DNA of 64,000 bases, from IMG/VR virus record IMGVR_UViG_3300010885_047022, positions 62,001 to 126,000 of that record; one strand, 5' to 3'. Source of the stretch: an uncultured virus (IMG/VR IMGVR_UViG_3300010885_047022) (lineage: Duplodnaviria; Heunggongvirae; Uroviricota; Caudoviricetes). The position numbers and the translations under genes are program-made. Position 1 is the stretch's first letter; each line of letters starts with the position of its first letter. Of this stretch, positions 20,301 through 28,977 are shown piece by piece. The notes under the pieces are model-generated. The model was not told where the DNA came from and did not search any database. It worked only from the letters and a program-made list of their open reading frames with translations.

Positions 20301-20967
20301 CGTCTGCTGGGTTATACCATTTTACTTTTCTTTTTCCTTCTTCGCGATTACCAAAAATTGGATCAACAATTGCTTTTTGTGCACCGTACATTGCTGGAAG
20401 TTCATACGGCATTCTACGACCTGCGCGCACTAATCTTTGTTGCAATTCGTCCTTATAGGCCCATACTGCTGTAGGCTCACTTAAGAAGCCAGATCCTGCA
20501 AGATTTTTTTCTTCCTTAGTTAAATATTGGTAGCCAAATCTTTCGCTAATTTTTCCATCGTAACCAGTACTTAGTTTGCCAGATTTATCAAAAGCTACTA
20601 ATTTGCCATATAAATCTTCACCACTATCAACAAACCTACTAACACCTTGGAGCTCGTCTAAATGACGACGAATTTGAGTTGCACTTTCCACTATTCGAGT
20701 TGCTAGTGGGTGACCTGCTTCTGAGGAAGTTTGCAGGAATTTTCCTAGTTTTAATCCGCCTTCTCTAGTTAACTTGGAGGCGACTGTAGCTGCCACCATA
20801 ACTGTAGCAGTCGAGGCAAGAAACCTCATAATTGGGTGACCGTTTAGGGCGCGACTGACCATGCCGGAGTTTGGGGCTACGCCGTCAGATTCCCCTTCAC
20901 CTACAGGAATATCTCTAGATGTTACGCCGTATCCTAAGTTTTGTATTGGTCCTGGATCGCGTATCAA
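14347..20967 (-). CDS. Tape-measure-like large virion protein (2206 aa)
   Basis: Directly follows the tube and two chaperone genes. Ala/Gly-rich with hydrophobic segments. Aromatic-rich C-terminal domain (GRWWPLGNTPFKGG, DRPYPVTG, ELRLPGVGYE, WEGWHP). TTG start with AAGGAG. Confidence 0.65.
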   Translation of the reverse strand: MIRDPGPIQNLGYGVTSRDIPVGEGESDGVAPNSGMVSRALNGHPIMRFLASTATVMVAATVASKLTREGGLKLGKFLQTSSEAGHPLATRIVESATQIRRHLDELQGVSRFVDSGEDLYGKLVAFDKSGKLSTGYDGKISERFGYQYLTKEEKNLAGSGFLSEPTAVWAYKDELQQRLVRAGRRMPYELPAMYGAQKAIVDPIFGNREEGKRKVKWYNPADVISDFTKSSLTMMATMIAPFEAVGAAGSASSSSLNSLRYSMNDMRNLTPFNKKLSKGFVDITETLADVGHDFATLTNKFLRTSAQTSGALSSATRAYDNQQGFVQNLYSLRHGVTQAKEAAVAQGASRSQIKNAGFKALFKNNTGKSVFDLMPGTRGLTEAFKAGKSEFTLLGQGYDALENSIAHANVLKAMGGTPDAAQSLKGAMERIQSQHSSRLSNLATGVRIMGGGGPGDGAVTRSQFGYGHQRDAFKDLLENQLISRGLEGKEAKQFTDYLKVRMPKANMDSTNIITIGKTRIYEDGADAANLSDDFFAKIIKRYRGISGGKTFEDAIKPDALRASVEDARDIFSSKEFQKGLNNKVQKNWNKFYRDDLTTVSGGILKPMKASYHDFTGPQTAAKTEFLQRKTAQTLGIKLTDDAGRQVSNDVVTGALKNRGFDPNAFTDLRGFLIKNRQMTSGVIGGGYNLFGLKSLTIDEARQSGRFSHMRPEEQKVIHDLASRMAINDPVSKSIGFSKLDGVYKSRSGQILDFTSVKSTFSKTANFFASEFKIPILGFNPADLFGYRSFAEMANRSPLQYVSSRTVQPFMPEGAQSKADFHMWFKTKGTKGKLMSFQTDNLSDAVHSSVMNGTYRAIPTNTTDLLTRHTRYAANMQGETINEIRDSSGSKFLDRILGGERAIRFKRKMSIDSEQPNSMFNLASRFKGRSTDLNNNGVMSRLLSGEDVKYNSGGKEKILKLSTGKNGELGVFDNLGNAVDDFAEADILRGYQSLRKQAFQYGTPSEVVKELETSRPDLFTFGGRKVSAIQSGTEATKFAEDLLAAQNLTAQQLRAKGIDPTFLSTSSSRIQRLMQETNLNSMSQMAEKSPTITTRLDELKNEIFRYVSQTNQMQLGGGSSADIFIEMQTAVDKLVKSGVISASQRVEAQAAALSSMFNISAFKTFQHSATNIQNARAGAAEMFSISSKNASLKKTFDPFSKGEINQISSGIRKKFSPLFSAGKKAFGTAGHVVDDLAVDALGSGQSVTVVPTFGTVFGRDPMGAIKSAVGLTTYSDPQSYSLGSVPISQGVERLNRYFGTLGGQLNVSDFKGPLDLFARGMVGKRVLPLYAAGVTALTVDRTLGGMTKGKDERGERIYSPLVLGQVAKGAVELQSLSAGIAPGGMSYEDKKKQLTEGEVPIRQGRWWPLGNTPFKGGKIQYYRPSWYRKLQAGAMFTSDTYGSPAEKFLFYNDISPLRPLDPYRFERKHHDDRPYPVTGEYFSGPFGPLVPLANMTIGKVLKPQVLMHENETAQGLSNYVRAGQSGAYDASAYAQTPSYVNGVGFTAGMGTSARGGAPGGFEMTGGGAPTPGAIGGAAGVYSTNSMLASRAGSTGAAGAMVRSSIKDVNSQYANLSYGPPKMSKVMPPRIVAAGAPLEPSATSFQAGEAGFRMQEMAGIYGFAFANARKKLGFGQADFQPQRSVLQSASKAYGTTRAFWDLNLGGLGDAPLGNKEGVGNFEFSEIVRRFIPKERTNIDYLNPIKNTMGEKYPFLPGSEYFTDFTRGDPFTKVQEGELRLPGVGYERFNRLHPDSTGQYGMLDQLKILGDVAPYSQQYKILDKKMDKMNLGPAERNQVADIRSQVQSMTTKNEFTDYKYKGSSAEAMGQHPLKFGAGRMGEYLAHSDNFVLSKAIGKRTATEDWERKNVYGATFPEWQRPFESYIKPMINKSTQRNPIAAASALGVAGSLFGRTAKAKLLGTAVGVTTGLAASAYGKTSELVTGDRFIPMKRKKELALDEYSDILSYVKSKRLETMAKASGDGKAAMQYNMAAKRTMYGADLYGKDLDTLSLSIPKRKREHFKAMINAPEAERGKILSTAGRLERRIYEASWGMDVEKKPDLGEYFTRHELPDLSWEGWHPNTNMDQVKIKTGESMGLEMSQMGYYPQQIREANLANPSFPQFGKSGDRQDTLYKLRGLMNGSGFSGSVTPVINPFGSQSIDVSAGIR

Positions 20968-20984
20968 TCTAACTCCTTAGATTA

Positions 20985-21608
20985 TTATCCCCATAGTTTT
21001 TGAGCAATGGGGTCTTCATATGTAGATGCTCCTGGCATCTTAGACAGATTGTGTCTTGCTGCATGCATTTTTTGCTTTTCTAATTCTTCTTCAGGATCTA
21101 TTAATTGAAGAGTTAAACTAGTAGATTCAATGCCGTTAATGCCTTGCTTGATTTCTATTATTTTTTCAGCTAGAGCAACTCTTTCCGCCAACTGGGAGAA
21201 AGTCATTTCATCTAATTGCTCTGGACTGTATGCACTTATAGTAGCGAGAACAAAGGCTTTCATTAAATTTTTAACTTCTGTAGCTTCTTCTCTTTTTTCT
21301 TGAAGAATTCTTTTAGCTAATTTTGCAGAAGTTATTCCAGATATATCTAATACCTCCTGAGCTAAAGAAGAAACATTCCCAGGAGGTATTAGAGCAATAT
21401 TAAAATCTTCAGGATAGACAATGCTAAATTCTAAGACTAGATCTTCAACATCAGCTGAAGAAAAATCTTCTAGATCTTTATAATAAAGAATTTGACCATA
21501 TTCTTTAAATGTTAGTTCTCTAAAAACTACATCTTTATTTTTAATGTTAACAGAATAAATATTTCCATATTTATTTTTAAGATCAAAAATTAATTGGCTG
21601 TCCAACAT
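20985..21608 (-). CDS. Tail assembly chaperone-like protein 2
   Basis: KNKYGNIY..VVFRELTFKEY and SLAQEVLDISG match the adjacent paralogue; directly upstream of the tape measure. Confidence 0.6.
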   Translation of the reverse strand: MLDSQLIFDLKNKYGNIYSVNIKNKDVVFRELTFKEYGQILYYKDLEDFSSADVEDLVLEFSIVYPEDFNIALIPPGNVSSLAQEVLDISGITSAKLAKRILQEKREEATEVKNLMKAFVLATISAYSPEQLDEMTFSQLAERVALAEKIIEIKQGINGIESTSLTLQLIDPEEELEKQKMHAARHNLSKMPGASTYEDPIAQKLWG

Positions 21609-21612
21609 TTAA

Positions 21613-22155
21613 TTAGAGTTGTCTAACCTCAAGGGCTACAAAGCCTGAAGCTTCTAGCACTTCTTGAGCAATGAGCGATGGCATTCCAGCCATAACTCCA
21701 GATGCTGACTGTTTGTCATATTTAGGATAGAGTACGCATAGTTCAGTGATGGCTTCTTCATTCCACATATTTGCTTCAGCCGAAGTTAATTGTCCACCTT
21801 GGACCAATTGTTCCATTTTTTTAACAATCTGCTTATATTCAACTCTATTTAATACACGCCAAACGATATGCTTGTCATAGGAAATAGAAGTCACATAAAC
21901 ATCTCCATAGTGCTCTTTCCACTTTTTAATCATTCCAGCGTTAGGGCCACCGTCCCAGATCTCTACATCATCGTCAAGATCTTCAATAGCTTTTGATTCT
22001 TCCAAATCAATGTCAAATTCATCAGCTGCTTCTTGAGCTCTTACGTCTACCGCATCTACATCATCAGAATATGCTAGCGTTACCGCTTCATCAAAACCCA
22101 AATTCTGGATATCTTCTGGAGTATCTGCTATTACTACTTTTCTTTCGTTTGCCAT
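21613..22155 (-). CDS. Tail assembly chaperone-like protein 1
   Basis: WKEHYGDVY..IVWRVLNRVEY and LIAQEVLEASGF; acidic N-terminus; AAGGAG RBS; lies between tube genes and tape measure. Confidence 0.6.
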   Translation of the reverse strand: MANERKVVIADTPEDIQNLGFDEAVTLAYSDDVDAVDVRAQEAADEFDIDLEESKAIEDLDDDVEIWDGGPNAGMIKKWKEHYGDVYVTSISYDKHIVWRVLNRVEYKQIVKKMEQLVQGGQLTSAEANMWNEEAITELCVLYPKYDKQSASGVMAGMPSLIAQEVLEASGFVALEVRQL

Positions 22156-22186
22156 ATTAATGTTTCTCCTTAGTATGTATCAGTAC

Positions 22187-22215
22187 ATAATATCATAAAA
22201 TTACTTTTTTTTCAA
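22187..22215 (-). promoter_or_regulatory. Sigma70-type promoter for the chaperone/tape-measure operon
   Basis: TTGAAA-17 nt-TATTAT with TG just upstream of the -10, about 30 nt before the ATG at 22155. Confidence 0.5.
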
Positions 22216-22230
22216 TTGTTAATCACTAGA

Positions 22231-23202
22231 CTAAAAGCTCCAACTTGTATTCGGATCACGTAGTACTTGATCAAAAGTGCGTGAATCTGGATTAGCATTA
22301 GATGGTGCGTCAGAATCTGAAGTATTATTGGCGGACATACCTTTCATGAAACCCAGATCTGCTTCTGTAAAATAATAATCTCTAGCTATGAATTGATAAC
22401 TCTCAGCGACTGGTTGACCACCTGGACTATAGTTAGTTGACATATTCATTAAGTTGACTTGCTGAAGAATTATTTTCATAGGACTGACCCTATTGTCTAC
22501 TCTAATACTTCTTTGATTAACATCAAAAGACATTTGATTATTTAAATAACTAGAAGTACTTGAATCTTCCGATGTATTAGCACTGAAAGGGCTTAAAGCA
22601 GTTTCCTCTAATCCATAGAGAATTACGAAGTTAAATGGTGGATGGGCACTAAAGATACTCTTAGTATCAGCTGCTGAATCAGCTTTTGCTGGGTCCGAAG
22701 TAATCCTATCTAATTGACTGTAGGACCAATATTTTTCTATATTTTTTTCATCTTCTGATGAAAGTTGCGAATCTAATCTTGAAATAATTGAATCTTTAGG
22801 AGTTCTGACATCTTTATTCATAACCCTAGACTTTGCAGCCTTTTCTAGCATTTCTGTCATTCTACGTGGATATCTAGTAAAAATAGTTATTTCACCACTA
22901 ATTATTCTTGTACCTAACATCACCGTATCATAATTATATGACCAAAATCCGTATACCGGTTGCTTCTCTTGTCTTACTGAGTAAGCAAATGAAGCTATAT
23001 CTAATTCATCTTCCGGACCGAAAAGACCATCGATGTATACCTTTACATCTTCGCCACTAAAATAATAGTCATAATAATTATTAAAAGTTTTATCATTATC
23101 GGGCGCGCTTCCTGCCCAAACTCTATCTATTTGATCAGATAGAGGATCATATTGCTTATCAAATTTCCAAAATTTTTTATTATCTAACCTTGGCTCTGGC
23201 AT
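22231..23202 (-). CDS. Tail tube-like paralogue 3
   Basis: FSGEDV..YSVRQEKQPVYGFW..GTRIISGEITI..PPFNFVI aligns by eye with the tube gene at 24023-24700. Confidence 0.6.
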   Translation of the reverse strand: MPEPRLDNKKFWKFDKQYDPLSDQIDRVWAGSAPDNDKTFNNYYDYYFSGEDVKVYIDGLFGPEDELDIASFAYSVRQEKQPVYGFWSYNYDTVMLGTRIISGEITIFTRYPRRMTEMLEKAAKSRVMNKDVRTPKDSIISRLDSQLSSEDEKNIEKYWSYSQLDRITSDPAKADSAADTKSIFSAHPPFNFVILYGLEETALSPFSANTSEDSSTSSYLNNQMSFDVNQRSIRVDNRVSPMKIILQQVNLMNMSTNYSPGGQPVAESYQFIARDYYFTEADLGFMKGMSANNTSDSDAPSNANPDSRTFDQVLRDPNTSWSF

Positions 23203-23208
23203 TATTAC

Positions 23209-23946
23209 CTACTGTCTAACAATATGTTCTATCATATTTTGATTATAAAATTCTGCTAGTTTGTCAGTGGCTTCATCGCCAAAGATATTTCTAGATATTT
23301 GTACATCTCGCTGAACTACTTCTGGACTTCTGGTTGAATCTGTTTCGGATCCAATATCCATTTTAACCATTGGTTGAATACCACGAGCCATATAAGTATA
23401 CGTCTGCTCTGTGATTAAGTCATCAATAGATATTGTTTGACCTTCATCTACAATAGTAATACCAAATATTTTCATTTTGGCAGATTGTCCATACTCATTG
23501 AAGAATGAAATAACAATATCAAAAGGAGGCAACATGTCTGCTAATGGAGCAAAAAAACCATTTCTTCTTCCTAGTAGTTCTCTATATTTTTTAATTTTAT
23601 AAAATGCATATTCGTTAAATACAGTAAAGATTAAACTTCCAGCTATTGTTCTTCCGCCCTTAATAAAACCCCTGGCATTAACATGGCCAAGAGTTCTAAC
23701 GGGTGAATTTTCCCTATGTATTGAATATGATAACGTCTGTAGTTCTCCTAATTCAATTATATCGCCTTCATTGGTAATTCTTCCATCTTCACCTATAACA
23801 GGAATGATCATAGTTGCTACTGCATCCGCTCCTGAAAATGATATATTTTGAAGAGAGGCATTTGGATCATATGTTCCGCGAGGACCTTGATCTTCTGTCG
23901 GTTCAATAATTGCTTTTGGTTTACCAGTATAAATTTGAGTAGTCAT
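23209..23946 (-). CDS. Tail tube-like paralogue 2
   Basis: SFSGADAVA..SYSIHRENSPVRTLG..GGRTIAGSLIFTVF..LPPFDIVISFFNEYGQ..EQTYTYMARG. Confidence 0.7.
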   Translation of the reverse strand: MTTQIYTGKPKAIIEPTEDQGPRGTYDPNASLQNISFSGADAVATMIIPVIGEDGRITNEGDIIELGELQTLSYSIHRENSPVRTLGHVNARGFIKGGRTIAGSLIFTVFNEYAFYKIKKYRELLGRRNGFFAPLADMLPPFDIVISFFNEYGQSAKMKIFGITIVDEGQTISIDDLITEQTYTYMARGIQPMVKMDIGSETDSTRSPEVVQRDVQISRNIFGDEATDKLAEFYNQNMIEHIVRQ

Positions 23947-23961
23947 TATTCCCTGTCCTTA

Positions 23962-23998
23962 AAATGAAATGTGCACGGAGGAAGATCCCCCGTGCACA
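23962..23998 (-). terminator. Intrinsic terminator after the major tube gene
   Basis: Minus-strand hairpin TGTGCACGGGGGA-TC-TTCCTCCGTGCACA followed by TTTCATTTT. Confidence 0.6.
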
Positions 23999-24022
23999 CC
24001 TGTCAACCTAGAGTATTTATTA

Positions 24023-24700
24023 TCAGGGTCTGATAATATCTGACTTAAGAGCATTTGACTGAATAAAGTCAAGAGCATCGGCGTCAGCGTTGTCAATAAG
24101 ACCGTCTGTTTTGATTGTGTACATAGGACCGAGTTCACGAGCAACATAAGTCATCGTTTCTTCAATGACGATGTCATCCATCGAGGCGCCTGAACCTTCA
24201 TTCAAAAGTTCAACACCGTAGATTGATCTAACGGCAGCTTGGCCATACTCATTCACAAATGTGATAGTAATATCAAAGGGAGGAATCTGGTCAGCGTAGT
24301 AAGGAACTTTCTTTACAACACTGAGAGCCTGATCATTGACATCAGCTATTCCGCGATACTTGTAAGCTGTATCGCCAGGAAGCGCATTATGACTTCTTGT
24401 GTAGAAGACCTGTGTTGGGTCACCATTTGCACGGTTCTTGTCCAACATTGTATACAATGCGGGGCGATCAAAAACTGTGAAAATCAATGAGCCTGCAATA
24501 CCTCTTTTTCCTCTTGAGAATGAACGAGGATTAGGTGAACCCATTGTGTAAATGGGAGCTTTTTCTCTAGTGACAGAGAAAGTAATGCCCGAAAGAGCAC
24601 CAATTTCAATTCCACCAAAAGTGGCTACAATGTCTGCACCTGAGAAGGTGGTGTAGGTATTTAGGTATTTATTTACTGATGTATAATCTTCAGTTGCCAT
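24023..24700 (-). CDS. Major tail tube protein
   Basis: Directly after the sheath gene; TFSGADIVATF..FSVTREKAPIYTMG..GKRGIAGSLIFTVF..PPFDITITFVNEYG; GGAGG RBS; followed by a terminator. Confidence 0.75.
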   Translation of the reverse strand: MATEDYTSVNKYLNTYTTFSGADIVATFGGIEIGALSGITFSVTREKAPIYTMGSPNPRSFSRGKRGIAGSLIFTVFDRPALYTMLDKNRANGDPTQVFYTRSHNALPGDTAYKYRGIADVNDQALSVVKKVPYYADQIPPFDITITFVNEYGQAAVRSIYGVELLNEGSGASMDDIVIEETMTYVARELGPMYTIKTDGLIDNADADALDFIQSNALKSDIIRP

Positions 24701-24725
24701 TTTGAATTACCCTCCAATCGGTATA

Positions 24726-25997
24726 TTATAAATTAATGGCTACCTGGACTTCGATTGTTTTAAGTTCGAAGGCAGGTGTTAAAATGAGGTCAACAATCGC
24801 TTTATTCTGATTGGGAACATACGAAACTGTAAAATCGCTTCCCAATAAAGCACCCATGAGCTGCATTCCTCTTAAACCGGAAGTAATTGCTGTTTCCATC
24901 GCATTGCGAACTTGAATGTTCGATGGCTCACCAATAAACTTCTGGCAAACTTGTCTAATGACAAGAGAAGCTTCGTCAACAATTCTCTTTGTTGACAAAC
25001 GCGTGTAGTCTGATGTTGTCTGACCGAATGTCAAACCTTCACCAAAAACTGCTACTTTATTAAAGTTAAGAACAACAGTATTGACACCCTTTGTGCTCAA
25101 AGCTTGCTGCTGAGTTCTTGTTGGGGCATAGCGAAGAGCTTCGACATTATAAAGTGGCTTATTGACCACTGAACTATACGAAGGAAGTCTACTCAACGAA
25201 GCTGCCAAGAAGGCTGCGCCATTTGAATAGCCAAAATCTGTTGTTCCCGACTTATAGTTAACTGGCTTAATTTCAGTAGCAACGATAGAAATATATGGTC
25301 CGACTGACTTCCAGGCATCGCCTGCATCTCTGTCTGGCAATCCAGTCAAGGACAACTTAGTTGCCGTTTGGCTCGGAGTCATTCTTTCATAGGTGGCAGT
25401 TCCGCCAAGAGTTGTACTGGCCAAGAAGGGCTTAACGCCCATAATTCCCAGACAAGGGTTAGTATTCTCTGAGATTGTCTTAACTGCAACGCCAACTTTG
25501 TAGGCCCAGTTTGTTGCATAGGCGCTATTGTTATCTGCATGGAAGCCATATTCTCTGTCATCACTGGGTGTGGCAGCGTTTGCATTCCAGTCATTGGCTT
25601 CTGAGCCACGACCCCAAGGGATAATCATGTCTGGGACTGCTGATTCTGCTGCGACAAAGGCTGCATCAAAAACAGATCCACCAAAGGTTGCACTTGTTAC
25701 TGTGCACAGTGTGTGATTAAATACTGTATCACTTGGGAGCGGGACAATGAAAATTCTTTCAGCGCCAGCAGTGACCAGTTCGAGGAATGAGCGGTGTGCG
25801 TCTGATCCGCTACCGAATGCGGTAATTGCGTCAGCTTCGTTTGACACTCTAACTACGTCAAGGTCGGGAACTCCACCAGTGCCGTCAGCGGTGCTGCGCT
25901 TCGCAATAGTTACAATTCTTGGACCAACAGGTGCGTCTTGTCTCGACACACTGTAAAAACGATCTCTTATTAAGGTTGTTACTCCAGGTATAGCCAT
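24726..25997 (-). CDS. Tail sheath protein (423 aa)
   Basis: Sheath-type N-terminus (MAIPGV..) and C-terminal domain (LSTKGVNTV..RLSTKRIVDE..KFIGEP..VDLILTPAFELKTIEV); GGAGG RBS. Confidence 0.8.
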   Translation of the reverse strand: MAIPGVTTLIRDRFYSVSRQDAPVGPRIVTIAKRSTADGTGGVPDLDVVRVSNEADAITAFGSGSDAHRSFLELVTAGAERIFIVPLPSDTVFNHTLCTVTSATFGGSVFDAAFVAAESAVPDMIIPWGRGSEANDWNANAATPSDDREYGFHADNNSAYATNWAYKVGVAVKTISENTNPCLGIMGVKPFLASTTLGGTATYERMTPSQTATKLSLTGLPDRDAGDAWKSVGPYISIVATEIKPVNYKSGTTDFGYSNGAAFLAASLSRLPSYSSVVNKPLYNVEALRYAPTRTQQQALSTKGVNTVVLNFNKVAVFGEGLTFGQTTSDYTRLSTKRIVDEASLVIRQVCQKFIGEPSNIQVRNAMETAITSGLRGMQLMGALLGSDFTVSYVPNQNKAIVDLILTPAFELKTIEVQVAINL

Positions 25998-26110
25998 ATT
26001 ATTTTTAGACCTCCGATTAGGAATCTTTTAGAATCTTCATTTATAGTAACAGGTAAGTTATAAAAACAACTTCACAAACATTTTATCTGAAGATAAATAT
26101 ATAGGTTTGA

Positions 26111-27007
26111 CTAGTAATTTGGGGTAGCGGATTGTTGCAAGTCAACTATATTTATGGTCACATCTTCATAATTTGGTGTAGCCAAAGATTCGACAATACC
26201 TTTCTCATATGCCATCCAAGTTCTGACATCCACAGCAACCTTCTGAATTCTATCATTCTTAATTGCAAAGGTTTTTTCAGTAGTCAACATATATGTAACG
26301 GTTCTTTTATGAAGGTCTTTACCATCCCTATTTATCTCAGAGTCAGATAACCTTCTAGAATAAATCAATTCTGAAACACCAGCTGCTTTAAAGATTGGAG
26401 TGTACTCCAACATAAAGTCTTCAAATGCCTCTATGACCTGATCAGATAAGACTGATGCATCAAGATCATCTCTAGTTGTTGTAATGTTGTTATTCTGAAA
26501 TGTCCCCACTTTTGTAAGAACTGAAAATGAAACTACATTTTGAAATTTTTGTCCATAAATAGTCACTGTATTAGCTAATACATTTTGTCTCATTCTAGGC
26601 TTAGGTTCTGTAGTATGAGTTTTTCTTAGTTCCAAAGAATATACTATGATTGCTGGAAATTCCTGTAATGCAGCTAGGCCAGAACTTGATGAAGCTGGGG
26701 CGGAAGATATCTCACTCACTTGACTACTGGCAGCCATAGTATCTGAATATGTAGTACTAGTTTCTCTATTGACGCCGCTTGGAAGTATCGGTATTGTTGG
26801 ATAACTTTCTTCCCACACCTTTTTAACAAGACCTATAAATTCAAGATAACTTAAATTACCAGAGTATATTTCCTCTACGCCATTTTCATCTAATCTTCGA
26901 TAACCTGGCGATTGCAATACCGTATCTTTTAATTGGCTAGCCCAAATTGGTTCAGTAAATCTGCTTTTTCTTCCGTGTGAAGGAAATCCTCTATTCATAT
27001 ATGTCAT
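26111..27007 (-). CDS. Putative tail completion/terminator protein
   Basis: Lies between the sheath paralogues; FPAIIVYSL..PKPRMRQ..AFEDFMLEYTPIFKAAGVSEL. Start moved from 27043 to ATG 27007 (AGGAG upstream). Confidence 0.5.
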   Translation of the reverse strand: MTYMNRGFPSHGRKSRFTEPIWASQLKDTVLQSPGYRRLDENGVEEIYSGNLSYLEFIGLVKKVWEESYPTIPILPSGVNRETSTTYSDTMAASSQVSEISSAPASSSSGLAALQEFPAIIVYSLELRKTHTTEPKPRMRQNVLANTVTIYGQKFQNVVSFSVLTKVGTFQNNNITTTRDDLDASVLSDQVIEAFEDFMLEYTPIFKAAGVSELIYSRRLSDSEINRDGKDLHKRTVTYMLTTEKTFAIKNDRIQKVAVDVRTWMAYEKGIVESLATPNYEDVTINIVDLQQSATPNY

Positions 27008-27008
27008 A

Positions 27009-28628
27009 TTAAGCTCCTGGTCCTGTTGATAGGGCAAAGTCAATCTTTTTGAGTCCTAGAGCGGAAAGGACTTCTATATAGAATATTAAACTTCCAACAA
27101 CAGAACTACTTACTTCTATATTAAAAGAATAATTAACTATAATTTTATCACTCTTTAAAGATTCCAATAAAGATCTTACATCGTCTACAACTTTATCATA
27201 ACCCAGTTGACCTATAGCCTTATATGCGTACCCTCTGATTCTGCTAACCAATAAGGCTACAAGTCTCATTTGCGCTGCTTTATGCAGAGTAGATTCTGGA
27301 TGAGAAAGAGTATATTCATTGGTTATATATACTTCAAAAGGAGTGGATCTTCTAGTTTTTTTACCCCTATAAATACTGTTAACGCCTATATCGTCTAAAC
27401 GTTGATATTCAGATTGAGATAAATCAGCTCCATATAAAGACATTGCACCTGGTATTCTAGTCCTAATTAGCCCCATATTTAATGGTTTGGATGCTAGCAT
27501 TCCTGCAACTGATGCAGCTATTGATGAGACATAAGATGTTTTAATTTGGTCATGTTGATATACGGCTTCGCCATATACTGGAATAACAAATCTTCCATTA
27601 TCTGAAGAAATTTGACCAGTCATATTTATTGTAGTTAATTTATCAGTTAAAATAGAATTAGATTCCAATAATTCAATATCAGAAGATATAAGTCCGCCAC
27701 TCCTTGATCCTATTACTCCAATTTGTACATAACCAGTAGTATTATGAAAATCTGCACAATAATTAGCTAATTGACTTATAAAATCAACTCCACCTGTTTT
27801 AATGATAGATGTTTCCAGCGGAACGATAATATCAACAAAATCTAAGTCTTGAATTATAGAATATGTTTCTTCTAATCTTTCATAATATTTCTCATAGAAA
27901 GTATACTGACTGGGTGTGGCAGAGTTTCTATCAAATAGAGTATTAGATATAACTCTATCTGAATATCTATCTACATACTCAGACATGGGGGCTGTTGCGC
28001 AGATCATAATATCTCTAGCTCCAGCAGCGTATGCATCGAATACACCTCTTAGCAGGGGGCTAGAAAGGTCTGCTCCAAGAAGATCAATTGCACTTTGTAT
28101 TGATCTAATGTTAATAGGATTATTAAATTCTATTCCATTTGCGTGACCAATTAATAAAATTGTACTTGTATTATTAGCATTTAGTTGCTGATAGTTTGCT
28201 TTATAATTAATAACGGTACTTTTATTAGGTGAAATAACTATCGGAGTTAAAGTGGAAGTTTCACCTTGGACTTGGAATTTTGCACTTATGCTTAAGTTCC
28301 CTGTAGAGTTAGTTGTTTGAGCTATAACAGAATAAATTCCCTCGTATAATTTATCTGGAATTTGATAATAAAAAGTAAATTCTTTAGAATTATTTTTCTC
28401 AATATATGTAGAGCCTGTCGGAACTTCTTCTTGAATTAAATAAGAATAAGGGCCATCAATTATCGGACCACTGCCGTATTCTCCTCTAATGACAGAAAAA
28501 TATATATCTACGGGCGTTATATTCTCAGTTGGATCATATATATTTCCTTCTGAAATAAATATAAATTTGAATTGTACCGACTGACCTCTGCTAACTATTA
28601 ACATATTATTTCTCTCTAGTTGCGCCAA
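27009..28628 (-). CDS. Second sheath-like protein with N-terminal beta-sandwich extension
   Basis: LLRGVFDAYAAGARDI, QLANYC, AASVAGMLAS, LDDIGVNSI and QMRLVALL..AIG parallel the sheath at 24726-25997. Probable start is ATG 28604. Confidence 0.65.
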   Translation of the reverse strand: MAQLERNNMLIVSRGQSVQFKFIFISEGNIYDPTENITPVDIYFSVIRGEYGSGPIIDGPYSYLIQEEVPTGSTYIEKNNSKEFTFYYQIPDKLYEGIYSVIAQTTNSTGNLSISAKFQVQGETSTLTPIVISPNKSTVINYKANYQQLNANNTSTILLIGHANGIEFNNPINIRSIQSAIDLLGADLSSPLLRGVFDAYAAGARDIMICATAPMSEYVDRYSDRVISNTLFDRNSATPSQYTFYEKYYERLEETYSIIQDLDFVDIIVPLETSIIKTGGVDFISQLANYCADFHNTTGYVQIGVIGSRSGGLISSDIELLESNSILTDKLTTINMTGQISSDNGRFVIPVYGEAVYQHDQIKTSYVSSIAASVAGMLASKPLNMGLIRTRIPGAMSLYGADLSQSEYQRLDDIGVNSIYRGKKTRRSTPFEVYITNEYTLSHPESTLHKAAQMRLVALLVSRIRGYAYKAIGQLGYDKVVDDVRSLLESLKSDKIIVNYSFNIEVSSSVVGSLIFYIEVLSALGLKKIDFALSTGPGA

Positions 28629-28977
28629 CTATCCAATAATTAATTTTACCATGTCTGCCTCTTACTGCAGTTAGCGCATCAATCTTGAACATTGTATAGT
28701 TTCTTGTTGCTTTGGCGGAATAATTTTCATATATCCTATCACCCTCTTTGGGGTAAACAGTGTCTTCGAAGTAATATACTGCGTCATACCCAGTTAAAAG
28801 ACCTTCGCTGTGCTCTTGTGTTGAGTTAAAATTAGTAGTACCTGATTGCCCAACTTGTCTAGTTGTGACTAATTCAAATTGGTTATAATGATTACCGTTT
28901 GGCAGAATTCTTTGAATATGGACATTATGTCCCCATTCCCTAAGAATCTTTTTAAATGTTTTTTTTACATCAATCAC
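28606..28977 (-). CDS. Putative head-closure/neck protein
   Basis: 123 aa; YYFEDTVYPKEGDRI motif and position next to the adaptor gene. Confidence 0.5.
   Translation of the reverse strand: MIDVKKTFKKILREWGHNVHIQRILPNGNHYNQFELVTTRQVGQSGTTNFNSTQEHSEGLLTGYDAVYYFEDTVYPKEGDRIYENYSAKATRNYTMFKIDALTAVRGRHGKINYWIVGATREK

Noticed and set aside
21600..21625. Programmed frameshift between the tail chaperone genes
   Set aside because: No clear slippery heptamer near the stop, and the second gene has its own ATG and is a full paralogue.
22231..28628. Bacterial extracellular contractile injection system instead of a phage
   Set aside because: Multiple sheath/tube genes and an AAA+ ATPase are suggestive, but terminase, portal, protease and capsid genes show a DNA-packaging phage.
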